Shown here one piece after another: positions 17,926 to 27,434 of a DNA stretch of 64,000 bases (position 1 is its first letter; each line of letters opens with the position of its first letter). Source of the DNA: Cenarchaeum sp. GTDB taxonomy: Archaea; Thermoproteota; Nitrososphaeria; Nitrososphaerales; Nitrosopumilaceae. The notes beneath the pieces were generated by a model, which was not told the DNA's origin, did not search any database, and was given only the letters and a program-made list of their open reading frames with translations. The stretch is from assembly GCA_965242695.1 (NCBI GenBank), contig CBDESU010000002.1, forward strand, positions 640,001-704,000, in the 5' to 3' direction. Made by a program: the position numbers and the translations under genes.

Positions 17926-20900
17926 GTGGAGATCACTCTTGACGCCGAGCAGAAGAAGGCGGTCGAATACGATGGAGGGCCGCTACTGGTCGTGGCGGGG
18001 CCCGGAAGCGGCAAGACGAGGGTTCTTACCGAGAGGGTCCGCCACCTTGTCAGGCAGGGCAAGGCCACGCCGGAGGAGATCCTGTGCCTTACGTTTACCG
18101 ACAAGGCCGCCGGCGAGATGACCAAGCGGCTGGAAAAACAAGGAATGGACGTATCAAACATGGACATAGGCACGTTCCATTCGTTTGCCAGAAAGGTGCT
18201 GAGCGACAACGAGCTCGATACGGGGCTGGACATACACGGTGGCGTGCTCGAAAAGGCAGAGTCGGCCGTGTGGGCAATCAACCACATCGACGACTTTGGC
18301 CTCAAGAGCGTCAAGGTCGGTAACAACGCAACCGGCGTGATGAGGAGCATCATGGACGGGATCAGTTCGTTTGCAAAGGCGCTGTACACGCCGGACGACA
18401 TTGACAAGTACGTGTCCGAAAGGGTCGGCGGGGCCGACGAGGAGGAGGTGGAGGAGCTTCTCGCACTGGCAGACCTAAGTAGGGTGTACCGCGCATACCA
18501 AGAGTTCAAGAAGAGCATGCACGTAATAGACTATGACGATATGGTGTCCGAGGCCATAAGGCTGTTCGAGGCAAGTCCGACCATACGCCGCAGGTACCGC
18601 AAAAGGTACAAGCACATACTAGTCGACGAGCTGCAAGACAACAACTTCGCGCAGTTCAGTCTTGTGCGGCAGCTGGCCGAAGGCGGCAACGTCACCGGCG
18701 TCGGTGACGGGGACCAGTCGATCTACAGCTTCCAAGGCGCGTACAGGGGCATATTCGACGAGTTTAGGAGCACCTTTGAAGGAACGCATGTCGTGAACCT
18801 CACCACAAACTACCGTAGTACAGAAAACATAGTGCGAGTCACTAACGACTGGATGGAGGACAAGACGGACGCATTCGCAAAGCGGCTGCAATCTGCAAGT
18901 AAGATAGACGGGGAGAAGATTGCCGTCGTCGAGTGCGACGCAGACCGGGGCGAGGCTGAATATGTGGCCAATAAAATAGTAGAGATCGAGGGACTGCCGC
19001 ACGAGGCGGGGGCGGGGGGCAAGGGGGGCAACTACAAGGAAATTGCCATACTTACAAGAAGAAAAATCGACGGCGACAAGTTCGAGGCGGCCTTGGCAGA
19101 GAGAGGCATTCCTGTAAAGTACGCCGGCTCGACAGACCTGCTGTACACGCCAATCGTGCGTGATCTGATGGCACACATCAAGATAGCTGCAAGGCCATCC
19201 ACATCAGGCGCCGAGATCACACAGCTGATGAAAATGCATGGAATTACGGAAAAGAACATTGCGAGGATCAACAGGGCCGCAAAAATGAACATGTTCAAAG
19301 ACAAGAAGGTGGGAGGCGGAGGGGGCGACTACGTCCTCGTGACGATCAAGGGCGAAGATGGATACAGCAGGCCACGAACAACCCAAGAGAGTGAAATGGA
19401 CGAACTAGAAGCAAAAATTGACAGACTTATCGACATAGGGAGAGGAACAATGCCGCTAGACCAAGCAGTTCACGCGATCATGATGTCCGTGTCGGGCCTG
19501 TACAAGAAGGTGGTCCAAGACGACTCGAAGCACGGCAAGATGCAGCGGTGGCAGCTCAACGAAGTGCACCGCATAGCGGTAGAGCACGCAAGGCTCTACA
19601 AGGCTCGCAGTCACGAAGATCTAGAGGATTCGAGCGAGAATCGCATGGCAGAGCGTGCAAAGCGCGACAAGGAATCCACCCTGAAGGGGTTCATAAAGTA
19701 CATGTACCAGATGGGCGAGCAGGAGGGCGAGTCTAGGGACTCTCTGGCAGCCGAGAACGCCGTAGAGATCACTACTATACACCAAAGCAAGGGAAGGGAA
19801 TTCAAAGCAGTCTTCGTGCCCTGCGTTTCAAAAAACAGGCTTCCCACCACGTACAGGTCCAAAAAATTTAACGTGCCCAATGACCTGTCTAGGGACAAGG
19901 ACAGAAAAGCAGACAAGAAAGCCGTGCACAAAAACGAGGAGCGCAGGCTACTGTACGTGGCTATGACTAGGGCCAAGAACAGGCTATTCATAACTTTTTC
20001 AAAAAAGTACGATGGGAATGTAAACGACTCAAAGCCCTCAGACTTTCTTGGCGAGGGCGAGCTGGACTATAAAAACCTCGATCGAATCGCGGCCGAAACG
20101 TATCCCGGAAGCGGCGCCGGTGCTCCTGTCGAAAAGCCGGACGTCGTCGAAAAGTTAATGCGTGACAAGCAGGAGCAGGCCATTACGGCTATCGGAGGTA
20201 TGAGCCTCAATACGGCGGTGCGAAGAATTGTGGAGCTCTCAAAGATCAAATATTTTGAAATGCATGGGAAATTTGCTGGCTTCGATCCGGCAGTGGTGCT
20301 CGAGATGGAGGGGGAGGGGGGCGAAGCGGGTATGGAGGACGAGTTGAGGGGCACCAAGGGGGCGTTGCTTGACGCCGACTCGTACGAGTTTAGCGCATCG
20401 AAGATCGAGGCGTACGAAAAGTGCCCCCGACTGTTCAAGTTCCGCCATGTGCTAGAGGTTCCTAGCCGGTCCGCTGATGCTAGCCGCAAGGGAATTGCCG
20501 TTCACAAGGTTTTAGAACAGATCGGCCTGCGCCGCATGAACGGCGTGGATACTAGCGAAGAGCAGGCGCTGGAACTATTGGAAATGCACTGGGAAGGCGA
20601 TGCGTTCGACAGCAAAAAAACCTCCGACGAGAATAAAGAGGCTGCAAAGGAGATGATTTACGCCGTTATGAAGCGAGACAGTGATGCGGTAGAAGGCAGC
20701 AGTACAATTGTCGGTGTTGAGAAAAAGTTTGCGTTAGAATTGGATGAGGGCTTGAAGTTTGGGGGCAAAATGGACAGGATCGACAAGGCGGCGGACGGAA
20801 GCTACATCGTCATAGACTACAAGACGGGCAAGGCCAAGGACATAAGAAAAATAGCTGAGAATATTCAGATGAATATGTACGCCATGGGTACCGAGAGCAT

Positions 20901-21132
20901 CTACGGCAGGCTTCCCGCCAAAGCGATGCAGCTATATGTGCCAGATCTCAAGGAAGTCGGCTTTGCAATCCAAAAGGGGCAGCTGGACAAACAGCGCAGC
21001 AGGATCGCCGAAGTGGCCAAGGCGGCCCTGCGGGGCGAGTTTGCGCCCACGCCGAGCGCCAAGGCTTGCTACAGATGTGATTACCTAGACATATGCGACG
21101 ACAGACATCCCAGCTCGGAGAAGAGGCGCTGA
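17926..21132 (+). CDS. UvrD/PcrA superfamily-1 helicase fused to C-terminal PD-(D/E)XK nuclease
   Basis: AGPGSGKT, LVDELQD, GDGDQSIY, NYRS, TIHQSKGREF, EERRLLYVAMTRA; GKMDRID, IDYKTG, C..CDY...C; start uncertain (17881 possible). Confidence 0.92.
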   Translation: MEITLDAEQKKAVEYDGGPLLVVAGPGSGKTRVLTERVRHLVRQGKATPEEILCLTFTDKAAGEMTKRLEKQGMDVSNMDIGTFHSFARKVLSDNELDTGLDIHGGVLEKAESAVWAINHIDDFGLKSVKVGNNATGVMRSIMDGISSFAKALYTPDDIDKYVSERVGGADEEEVEELLALADLSRVYRAYQEFKKSMHVIDYDDMVSEAIRLFEASPTIRRRYRKRYKHILVDELQDNNFAQFSLVRQLAEGGNVTGVGDGDQSIYSFQGAYRGIFDEFRSTFEGTHVVNLTTNYRSTENIVRVTNDWMEDKTDAFAKRLQSASKIDGEKIAVVECDADRGEAEYVANKIVEIEGLPHEAGAGGKGGNYKEIAILTRRKIDGDKFEAALAERGIPVKYAGSTDLLYTPIVRDLMAHIKIAARPSTSGAEITQLMKMHGITEKNIARINRAAKMNMFKDKKVGGGGGDYVLVTIKGEDGYSRPRTTQESEMDELEAKIDRLIDIGRGTMPLDQAVHAIMMSVSGLYKKVVQDDSKHGKMQRWQLNEVHRIAVEHARLYKARSHEDLEDSSENRMAERAKRDKESTLKGFIKYMYQMGEQEGESRDSLAAENAVEITTIHQSKGREFKAVFVPCVSKNRLPTTYRSKKFNVPNDLSRDKDRKADKKAVHKNEERRLLYVAMTRAKNRLFITFSKKYDGNVNDSKPSDFLGEGELDYKNLDRIAAETYPGSGAGAPVEKPDVVEKLMRDKQEQAITAIGGMSLNTAVRRIVELSKIKYFEMHGKFAGFDPAVVLEMEGEGGEAGMEDELRGTKGALLDADSYEFSASKIEAYEKCPRLFKFRHVLEVPSRSADASRKGIAVHKVLEQIGLRRMNGVDTSEEQALELLEMHWEGDAFDSKKTSDENKEAAKEMIYAVMKRDSDAVEGSSTIVGVEKKFALELDEGLKFGGKMDRIDKAADGSYIVIDYKTGKAKDIRKIAENIQMNMYAMGTESIYGRLPAKAMQLYVPDLKEVGFAIQKGQLDKQRSRIAEVAKAALRGEFAPTPSAKACYRCDYLDICDDRHPSSEKRR

Positions 21133-21137
21133 TCGCC

Positions 21138-22004
21138 ATGGGCAAAGCGCGCCGCCCCCCAACGCCGAACGTGATAGCGGTCATCTGCGACTGCGACGAG
21201 ACCCTCGCGCCGAACACGACGAGCCTGCTGCTCGAGCACAACGGCATCGAAGTCGAGCCGTTCTGGGACGCCATCACGGACGGGTTCGTGCGGCACGGGT
21301 GGGATCCGCCGCAGGCGTACCTGAGCGAGATGCTCCGGCTCATGAGGGAGGGGCGCATCGAGCAGGACACGCCGGCCAAGATGCGCGCCTTTGCCAGGTC
21401 GGCCGTCAGGCCGTACCCCGGCGCGACCACGTTCATCGGCGAGCTGCGCGACTGGCTTGCGTCCGATTCCGGCATTGCCGGCGAGGGGGCGCGCCTCGAG
21501 GGGTACATCATCTCGTCCGGGATAGAGGACATGGTCAAGGGGTGCAGGTTCGCCGGCCAGTTCGACGGCATATTCGGCGCGCGCTACGCAACGGGCCCCG
21601 ACGGGCGCTACGCCGCGGTAAAGTCGACCATAACGTTCACCGAAAAGACAAAGTTCCTGTACGCGATAAACAAGGGGATCAAGGAAAAGAACCTGCGCAG
21701 CAACCCGTACTTGGTCAACACGTACGTCCCCCGCCAAGGGCGCCGCATCCCGTTCGAGAACATGATCTACATCGGCGACGGGCCGAGCGACGTGCCATGC
21801 TTCTCGGCCGTGCGCGACAACGGGGGGCACTGCATGGGCATCATCGACAAGAAGATGCCCAAGAGGGCGTACGAGCTCGCGCACGGCAGGCGCACAAACT
21901 ACGGTATATACTCGGGCGACTTTAGGGCGCGCAGCGACCTGCGGCTGGTCCTCAAGACGATCATATCCGAGATCGGCGAGAAGATGCAGCACTGCGGCGG
22001 CTAG
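21138..22004 (+). CDS. HAD-superfamily hydrolase
   Basis: DCDETL (DxD), IISSG, YIGDGPSDVP; starts 5 bp after the helicase stop. Confidence 0.85.
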   Translation: MGKARRPPTPNVIAVICDCDETLAPNTTSLLLEHNGIEVEPFWDAITDGFVRHGWDPPQAYLSEMLRLMREGRIEQDTPAKMRAFARSAVRPYPGATTFIGELRDWLASDSGIAGEGARLEGYIISSGIEDMVKGCRFAGQFDGIFGARYATGPDGRYAAVKSTITFTEKTKFLYAINKGIKEKNLRSNPYLVNTYVPRQGRRIPFENMIYIGDGPSDVPCFSAVRDNGGHCMGIIDKKMPKRAYELAHGRRTNYGIYSGDFRARSDLRLVLKTIISEIGEKMQHCGG

Positions 22005-22831
22005 CGGGCGCCGCGCTGCTTGGCGGCAACGGCCAGCGCGGCGCCGCCTACGGCCAGGCCCGCGATGCCGAGCCCCATGGCCGCGTACGCGATGCCGGGA
22101 TCCGGCGGGGGCGCCGCATCGGCGGCGGCAGCGGCCGCATCGGCGGCGGCAGCGGCGGCCCGCACGCCGGTGGCCAGCCCGTCCAGGTCGGCCCTGATCG
22201 AGTCCAGCTCCGCCGTTATGTTGCCGTGCTCGGCGGCTATCTCGCGGACCCTTGCGTCGGCCGGCGCCGGAAACTCGATGTACGCTCGCTCGTCGACCTT
22301 TGGGGGGTGCATCGACAGGCTGATCCCTGTAGTGGGCAGGTCCCCGATCAGGTTGGCCTGGTAGTATCCGGATACGGTCGGGTTGACGAACGCATAGTAC
22401 TTGCCCTCGGTGTTGTGATCGGCAGACAGCGGCAGCCATATCTTCTCGCCCCTGTACACGAGCTGCACCTGCAGGTCGTCCTCCAGGCCCGCAATGCCGT
22501 CGGCAAACTCCTGCGAGGCCGCGCAGTCCATGGGAACGTCGATGTCGGGGCAGGGCTCTAGCGGGCTGATGTACAGCTCGATCCCGTTCGTCTCGCCGCT
22601 TACGACCGGCTCGTTCATCCAGCCTATCTCGATCCTGTACTCGCCGACCGCGTCGATCGTGTGGGCGTGGGCGGCCGGTAGGAACGGGGCGGCCGCGCAG
22701 GCGGCCGCCAAGGCAACGACGACAGATGCCAAGGCAAGGGTCGTCCCGCGGCCCCGTACCGATGGGCGGGTGGCCACGCCAGATGCAAGGCGGCGCGAGT
22801 GCTTCACGGCGCATCTAGCCGGCCGCCCCAT
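22001..22831 (-). CDS. secreted, membrane-anchored hypothetical protein
   Basis: Signal peptide ending AHA followed by His, IEIGWMNEP, coiled coil, C-terminal TM; true start may be 22807. Confidence 0.7.
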   Translation of the reverse strand: MGRPARCAVKHSRRLASGVATRPSVRGRGTTLALASVVVALAAACAAAPFLPAAHAHTIDAVGEYRIEIGWMNEPVVSGETNGIELYISPLEPCPDIDVPMDCAASQEFADGIAGLEDDLQVQLVYRGEKIWLPLSADHNTEGKYYAFVNPTVSGYYQANLIGDLPTTGISLSMHPPKVDERAYIEFPAPADARVREIAAEHGNITAELDSIRADLDGLATGVRAAAAAADAAAAAADAAPPPDPGIAYAAMGLGIAGLAVGGAALAVAAKQRGAR

Positions 22832-22876
22832 AAATATCCCGGCCCTGCCGCCGCCAGCGCAACGCCGTAGGCGGGC

Positions 22877-24346
22877 CTACGCATCGGCGTACATCGAGAC
22901 TTCCCAGGGCGTCGGGGTCTGCGCGAACGCGACGTACTCTTGGCGCTTCAGGTCCGAGTACTTGTCGAGAAAGTCGCGAGTAAAGACCTCTTCCAGGAAG
23001 CCGCAGTCGCTGCCGAGCGCGTCAAGGGCGCCCTTGAGCGAGGCCGGCAGCGTGCCGATGCCGTACTCGCGCTTCTTCTCGGGCGTGAGCCTGTACGCAT
23101 TCTCCTCAACGGGCGAGCCGGGATCGGCCTTGCGCCGTATGCCGTCTAGCCCCGCCAGCAGCAGCGCCGCCTCTAGCAGGTAGATGTTGGCGGTCGGGTC
23201 CGGCACCCTGTACTCGATCCTCTTGCTCTTTTGCTGGTTGCGGTAGTACATGGGCACCCTGATCGCCGCCGAGCGGTTTCCCATCCCCCAGCACACGTTG
23301 ACCGGCGCCTCGAACCCCGGCACGAGCCGCTTGTACGAGTTTGTCGTCGGGTTGGAGATGGCGCACAGCGCGGCCGCGTGGTCGAGGATGCCGCCGACGT
23401 AGTACCTGCCGGTCTGGCTCAGCTGCGCTACCTCGTCGTCTGGATCGTACATGGCGTTGGTCTCGCCGTTCCACAGGCTCTGGTGCGTGTGCATCGCAGA
23501 CGCGTTGTCGCCGTATATGGGCTTGGGCATGAACGTGGCGACCTTGTTGCGGCGCCTGGCCTTTACCCTCACGACGTTCTTGGCGGCGACCACGTTGTCG
23601 GCCATTGCCATCATGTCGTCGTACACGAGGTTGATCTCGCACTGCCCCGACGTGGCGACCTCGTGGTGCTCGGCCTCTATCTTTATGCCAAAGTAGCGGT
23701 ACAGGTCCTCGCAGATGTCCTTGCGGAACGACTCTAGCGTGTCCTTTGGCTGCGACGGGTAGTACCCCTCCTTGAGGTCGATGGCCGTGCTGATGTTGCC
23801 CTTTGACCACGGCGACTCCTTGGACTCTATCGAGTAGCCGGACCCGCCGTACGAGTGCGTCGCCGCGTACGGGGACGGGTACACCGTGATGGTGTCGAAC
23901 ACGAAGAACTCTAGCTCGGGCCCCCAGAAGGCGTGCGTCAGGCCGGCCTCGGAGAGCTTGGCGGCCGCCTTCTTCGTGATGCCGCGCGAGTCGCGGTTGT
24001 AGCGCGACTCGTACGAGGTGTTGCCCTCGTACAGGTCGCAGATGAGGCGGGCGTTCTTGCGGCGCCCGTCGTCGTACTCGGGAGGCAGTATGCAGAACGT
24101 GGACGGGTCGGGCTTTAGGATCATGTCGGACCGGTTGACCGACTTGAAGCCGAGTATAGAGCTCGCGTCTAGCTTTTCAAGGCCGTTCTTGAAGCTGTCC
24201 GCGTCGATGGCGTAGCTCGGCATGCCCATGCGCCGCAGCTCGCCGAATATGTCGACGAACCAAAAGTCGACGAACGTGATCCGCTCGTCGTCAATCGCCT
24301 TGAGGACGGCGGCCGCATCCAACGCGCGGCGGCGCCGGGGCGGCAT
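22877..24346 (-). CDS. glnA: glutamine synthetase type I family (copy 1)
   Basis: GPELEFF, HHEVA, TFMPKP, NSYKRLVPGFEAP, NRSAAIRVP, IEYRVPD. Confidence 0.92.
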   Translation of the reverse strand: MPPRRRRALDAAAVLKAIDDERITFVDFWFVDIFGELRRMGMPSYAIDADSFKNGLEKLDASSILGFKSVNRSDMILKPDPSTFCILPPEYDDGRRKNARLICDLYEGNTSYESRYNRDSRGITKKAAAKLSEAGLTHAFWGPELEFFVFDTITVYPSPYAATHSYGGSGYSIESKESPWSKGNISTAIDLKEGYYPSQPKDTLESFRKDICEDLYRYFGIKIEAEHHEVATSGQCEINLVYDDMMAMADNVVAAKNVVRVKARRRNKVATFMPKPIYGDNASAMHTHQSLWNGETNAMYDPDDEVAQLSQTGRYYVGGILDHAAALCAISNPTTNSYKRLVPGFEAPVNVCWGMGNRSAAIRVPMYYRNQQKSKRIEYRVPDPTANIYLLEAALLLAGLDGIRRKADPGSPVEENAYRLTPEKKREYGIGTLPASLKGALDALGSDCGFLEEVFTRDFLDKYSDLKRQEYVAFAQTPTPWEVSMYADA

Positions 24347-24377
24347 TAATGAGGGTTGGGCAGGTGCGCAGGGGCGG

Positions 24378-25745
24378 CTAGTCCCTTGCCAGCTTGCGGG
24401 CGCCCGAGTACCTTGCGGCCAGCTCGTCCTCGAAGAAGAACTTGTCGTCGAACGCCGGCCTGAGGTCGTCGAGCCATATGGCCGACTCGTCGTACTCGGC
24501 GTACATCGGCCGGTTGACCCACTCGGGGTTGCGCCCCTGCAGGAACCGCAGCGACATGACCTTCTTGCCGTTGATAACGGGCGTGCCGTCGATCATGACC
24601 TTGCCCGGCGTGGCCGACATGCTCGGGCCCCGCACGGTCCGGCCCAGGCCGCTGACCTGCCTGTAGGCTGTGCGGAATATCTCGTACGCCCGAACGAGCG
24701 GGATGCCAAAGTAGTGCTGCGCGCCGGTGTCGCGCACGACGAACATGTAGTACGGAATGCAGCCGAGCCGGACCTGCTCGCGCCACATCTGCGCCCACAC
24801 GCCGGCATCGTCGTTGATGTGCGAGAGGAGCGGCGACTGCGTGCGTATCTGCGCGCCGGTCGCGCGCACCTTTTTGATCGCGTCCGCCACGGCGGGCGTG
24901 CCCATCTCGACGTGGTGGTTGAAGTGCGACATGATGGCAAGGTGCAGCCCCGCGTCGGTTATCTCGCCGAATACGGAGAGCAGTTCCTCCGCATCGGGGT
25001 CGGTGAGCACCTTGTACGGCCAGTACGCGAGCATCTTTGTCCCTATCCGAATGGTCCGGAGGTGGGGGATTCTGGCCTCTATCAGGGCCCGAACGTACCT
25101 GCCGAACATGCCGGCCTTCATTATCATCGGATCGCCGCCGGTGAACAGGATGTCGGATATCTCGGGGTGCTCCTGCACGTACTGGACTAGCTGCTCGCCC
25201 TCGCGCATCGCAAACTTCATGTCGTCCATGCCGACGAACTGCGGCCACCTAAAGCAAAAGCTGCAGTACGCGTGGCACGTCTGGCTCTGGCTCGGAAAGA
25301 ACAGGCACGTCTCCTTGTACTTGTGCTGCATCCCGTACAGCTTTGTGCCGTCCCTCAGCGACGGGACGTTCAGCTCTAGCTGGCCGGCCGGGTGGGGGTT
25401 GAGCTGCAGCCGTATCTCGTTGGCCGTCTCGGCGACCTCCTTGCGGTCTGCGCCCGCGCGTAGCTTGCCGGCCATCTGCTCAAAGTGCCTCGGCTTGAGC
25501 ATGTTGCGCTGCGGGAACGTCAGGACGTACATCGGGTCGTTCGGCACGTTGTCCCAGTCGATGAGCTGCTCGACGACGTAGTTGTTGGCCTTGAACGGCA
25601 GGACGCTGCCGACGACCTCCATCTCGAAGCGGGTCTCCTCGGGGAGCTTTTCGATCTGGGGCAGCTTGCGAAAGTTCGAGAGCGTGTAGGACGCGAGCGA
25701 CGGCGGCTCGGCCTCGCTCCACATGGCCTGCTGCTGGAGGGACAC
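24378..25745 (-). CDS. KamA family radical SAM aminomutase (lysine 2,3-aminomutase-like)
   Basis: HKYKET, CHAYCSFCFR, FTGGDP, QSPLL.HINDD, PYYMF, PGK (PLP Lys); GTG at 25745 lies after a TTAAAAAG box. Confidence 0.88.
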   Translation of the reverse strand: MSLQQQAMWSEAEPPSLASYTLSNFRKLPQIEKLPEETRFEMEVVGSVLPFKANNYVVEQLIDWDNVPNDPMYVLTFPQRNMLKPRHFEQMAGKLRAGADRKEVAETANEIRLQLNPHPAGQLELNVPSLRDGTKLYGMQHKYKETCLFFPSQSQTCHAYCSFCFRWPQFVGMDDMKFAMREGEQLVQYVQEHPEISDILFTGGDPMIMKAGMFGRYVRALIEARIPHLRTIRIGTKMLAYWPYKVLTDPDAEELLSVFGEITDAGLHLAIMSHFNHHVEMGTPAVADAIKKVRATGAQIRTQSPLLSHINDDAGVWAQMWREQVRLGCIPYYMFVVRDTGAQHYFGIPLVRAYEIFRTAYRQVSGLGRTVRGPSMSATPGKVMIDGTPVINGKKVMSLRFLQGRNPEWVNRPMYAEYDESAIWLDDLRPAFDDKFFFEDELAARYSGARKLARD

Positions 25746-25831
25746 TAGGCGTGCCGGAAGGCGGGCCTTTTTAAGTCTTGAATATGGGGCCTGCGCGGGG
25801 CGGCGGCGCCGGCTGGCTTTGGAGGTCTGCG

Positions 25832-26340
25832 CTGCCTGCACCTGCTCGGCGGCCTGGACGTGGAGGCCATCACGTGGGGCGGGAACGTCACCTCTGCAAA
25901 GGACACGATCACGACGGGCGCGGGCGCTGCGGATGTGGGCGCCGCCAGCGCTGAATATCTGCCTGCGAAGGACGCGATCACGACGGTCTCGGACGCGGGG
26001 AACGTCACGGTGCTGGACTCGGAGCCGTTCAGGGCGGGTCGCCCGGATCTGCTAGCCCCGTCATGTCGATCGTCACGCTGGTGGCATCTCCCGCGCCGGT
26101 GAAGTTGCGCAGTGTGGAGGCGCCATCCATGTCCAGCTCCTTGATGACAGCCCACAGCGGCTCGGGGTCGCCGATGTGGGGCATCACTGGCCCAACGGCA
26201 ATGGCCCCCACGCTGTTGAACTCGTCCTCGGACACGTCGGGGAGCAGGGAGGACGCAAACGTCCCGTTCGGGTTGAGCGCCTGGACTCGATCATCCTGTC
26301 GTCGACTGCGACGATCTCACGGTTTGGCCCGACGGCCATG
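25832..26340 (-). pseudogene. frameshifted fragment paralogous to the NHL-repeat surface protein (about 28470-28955)
   Basis: Pieces AVGPNREIV, AVGPVMPHIGDPEPLWAV and LNGSESSTVTFPASETVVIASFA lie in different frames, with a deletion and a duplication. Confidence 0.8.
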
Positions 26341-26581
26341 TGGCGAGGGCGCCCAGCCCTGTCGGAGCTCGAGCCCCGGCGCTCCGGCACGGGGCCGGAA
26401 CGGGGGGGCGGCGCGATCGACAGCAGGCAGGCCGCCGGCCGCCTTAGGGCCTCTGGCCGCCTCTCAACGCCCGCAAATCCCCACACTCTATCCGGCGCGA
26501 TGCACGGTTGCGGAACGGCCAGCAGGCGGCGCGGCGGCCGCCCTAGTCGGGCGGTCAGCATAGGTGCGGATGAGGAATCAA

Positions 26582-26788
26582 CTAAGGACGCCGTGCAAAC
26601 AAACCAAGAACGACACCGATCGCAAAAACAACAAACCCAACCAAACCTAAAGCCATGGCATCCAATAAGGTCTTACCATTCACAAGAATGCCTTTAACCT
26701 CAACAAAAGACGACGCAATGACCACAAACAAAATGCCCACAACGGCCATGCCCACCCCAACAGCAAACACAGCACGTCCCATAATCAC
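26582..26788 (-). CDS. small two-TM membrane protein
   Basis: 68-aa hydrophobic ORF, lower GC, TTATATT upstream on the minus strand. Confidence 0.6.
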   Translation of the reverse strand: MIMGRAVFAVGVGMAVVGILFVVIASSFVEVKGILVNGKTLLDAMALGLVGFVVFAIGVVLGLFARRP

Positions 26789-26942
26789 GACCGGCGCCCG
26801 CGCCTAACAATATAATCAATCGCAAACTAACATGAGCTGCCGTCCAGCAGGCAGGCCGGCGGCCGCCGCGTTGGGCCCTCAGGCTGACGGTGCGCCCTGA
26901 CCTGCTGGACGGCCGCCGTCTTGCTCCCCGCCGCTCAAGCCC

Positions 26943-27434
26943 TTACCCCAGGGACTGGCCGCCGGAACGGGGCGCCGCGCGGGGCTCGAGCTCCGGCAAC
27001 CCGCGGCTGGCGTCGACGGCCCACAAGGCCTCCCGCCACACGACGCGCAAAAGATTACCGACGAACTCAAGGCGGTTGCGGGGGACGGCATCCAAGGCCC
27101 AGCGCGGCAAGGGCGCGCCGTACGGACCACGGCACGCACCTGCTCCAGTACCGTGCCGCTTATCCCAGACCTGCGACATATAGACGACGTGCTTGCCGAG
27201 GCGCCGCGCATGGTCGATCTCGTCCTGCGCATCGGCGTCGATATAGAGGCGGCACCGGTGGGCGGCCAGGCCGTCGGGCAAGTCGACGACGAAGACAATC
27301 GACGAGGCCTCAATCTTGTCGCGGTGCGAACCGATCGAGGACACGCTCCAGCCATCGAGAGCGAGCATGCGCGATACGAAATCGGACGCCTCGGCGTGCC
27401 GGACCGGGCAGATCAGGGTGCAGGTGCGGATCAT
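26943..27434 (-). CDS. hypothetical protein, nucleoside 2-deoxyribosyltransferase-like fold
   Basis: HRDKIEASSIVFVV...YID...EIDHARRLGKHVVY; its ATG overlaps the NHL gene stop (ATGA). Confidence 0.5.
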   Translation of the reverse strand: MIRTCTLICPVRHAEASDFVSRMLALDGWSVSSIGSHRDKIEASSIVFVVDLPDGLAAHRCRLYIDADAQDEIDHARRLGKHVVYMSQVWDKRHGTGAGACRGPYGAPLPRWALDAVPRNRLEFVGNLLRVVWREALWAVDASRGLPELEPRAAPRSGGQSLG

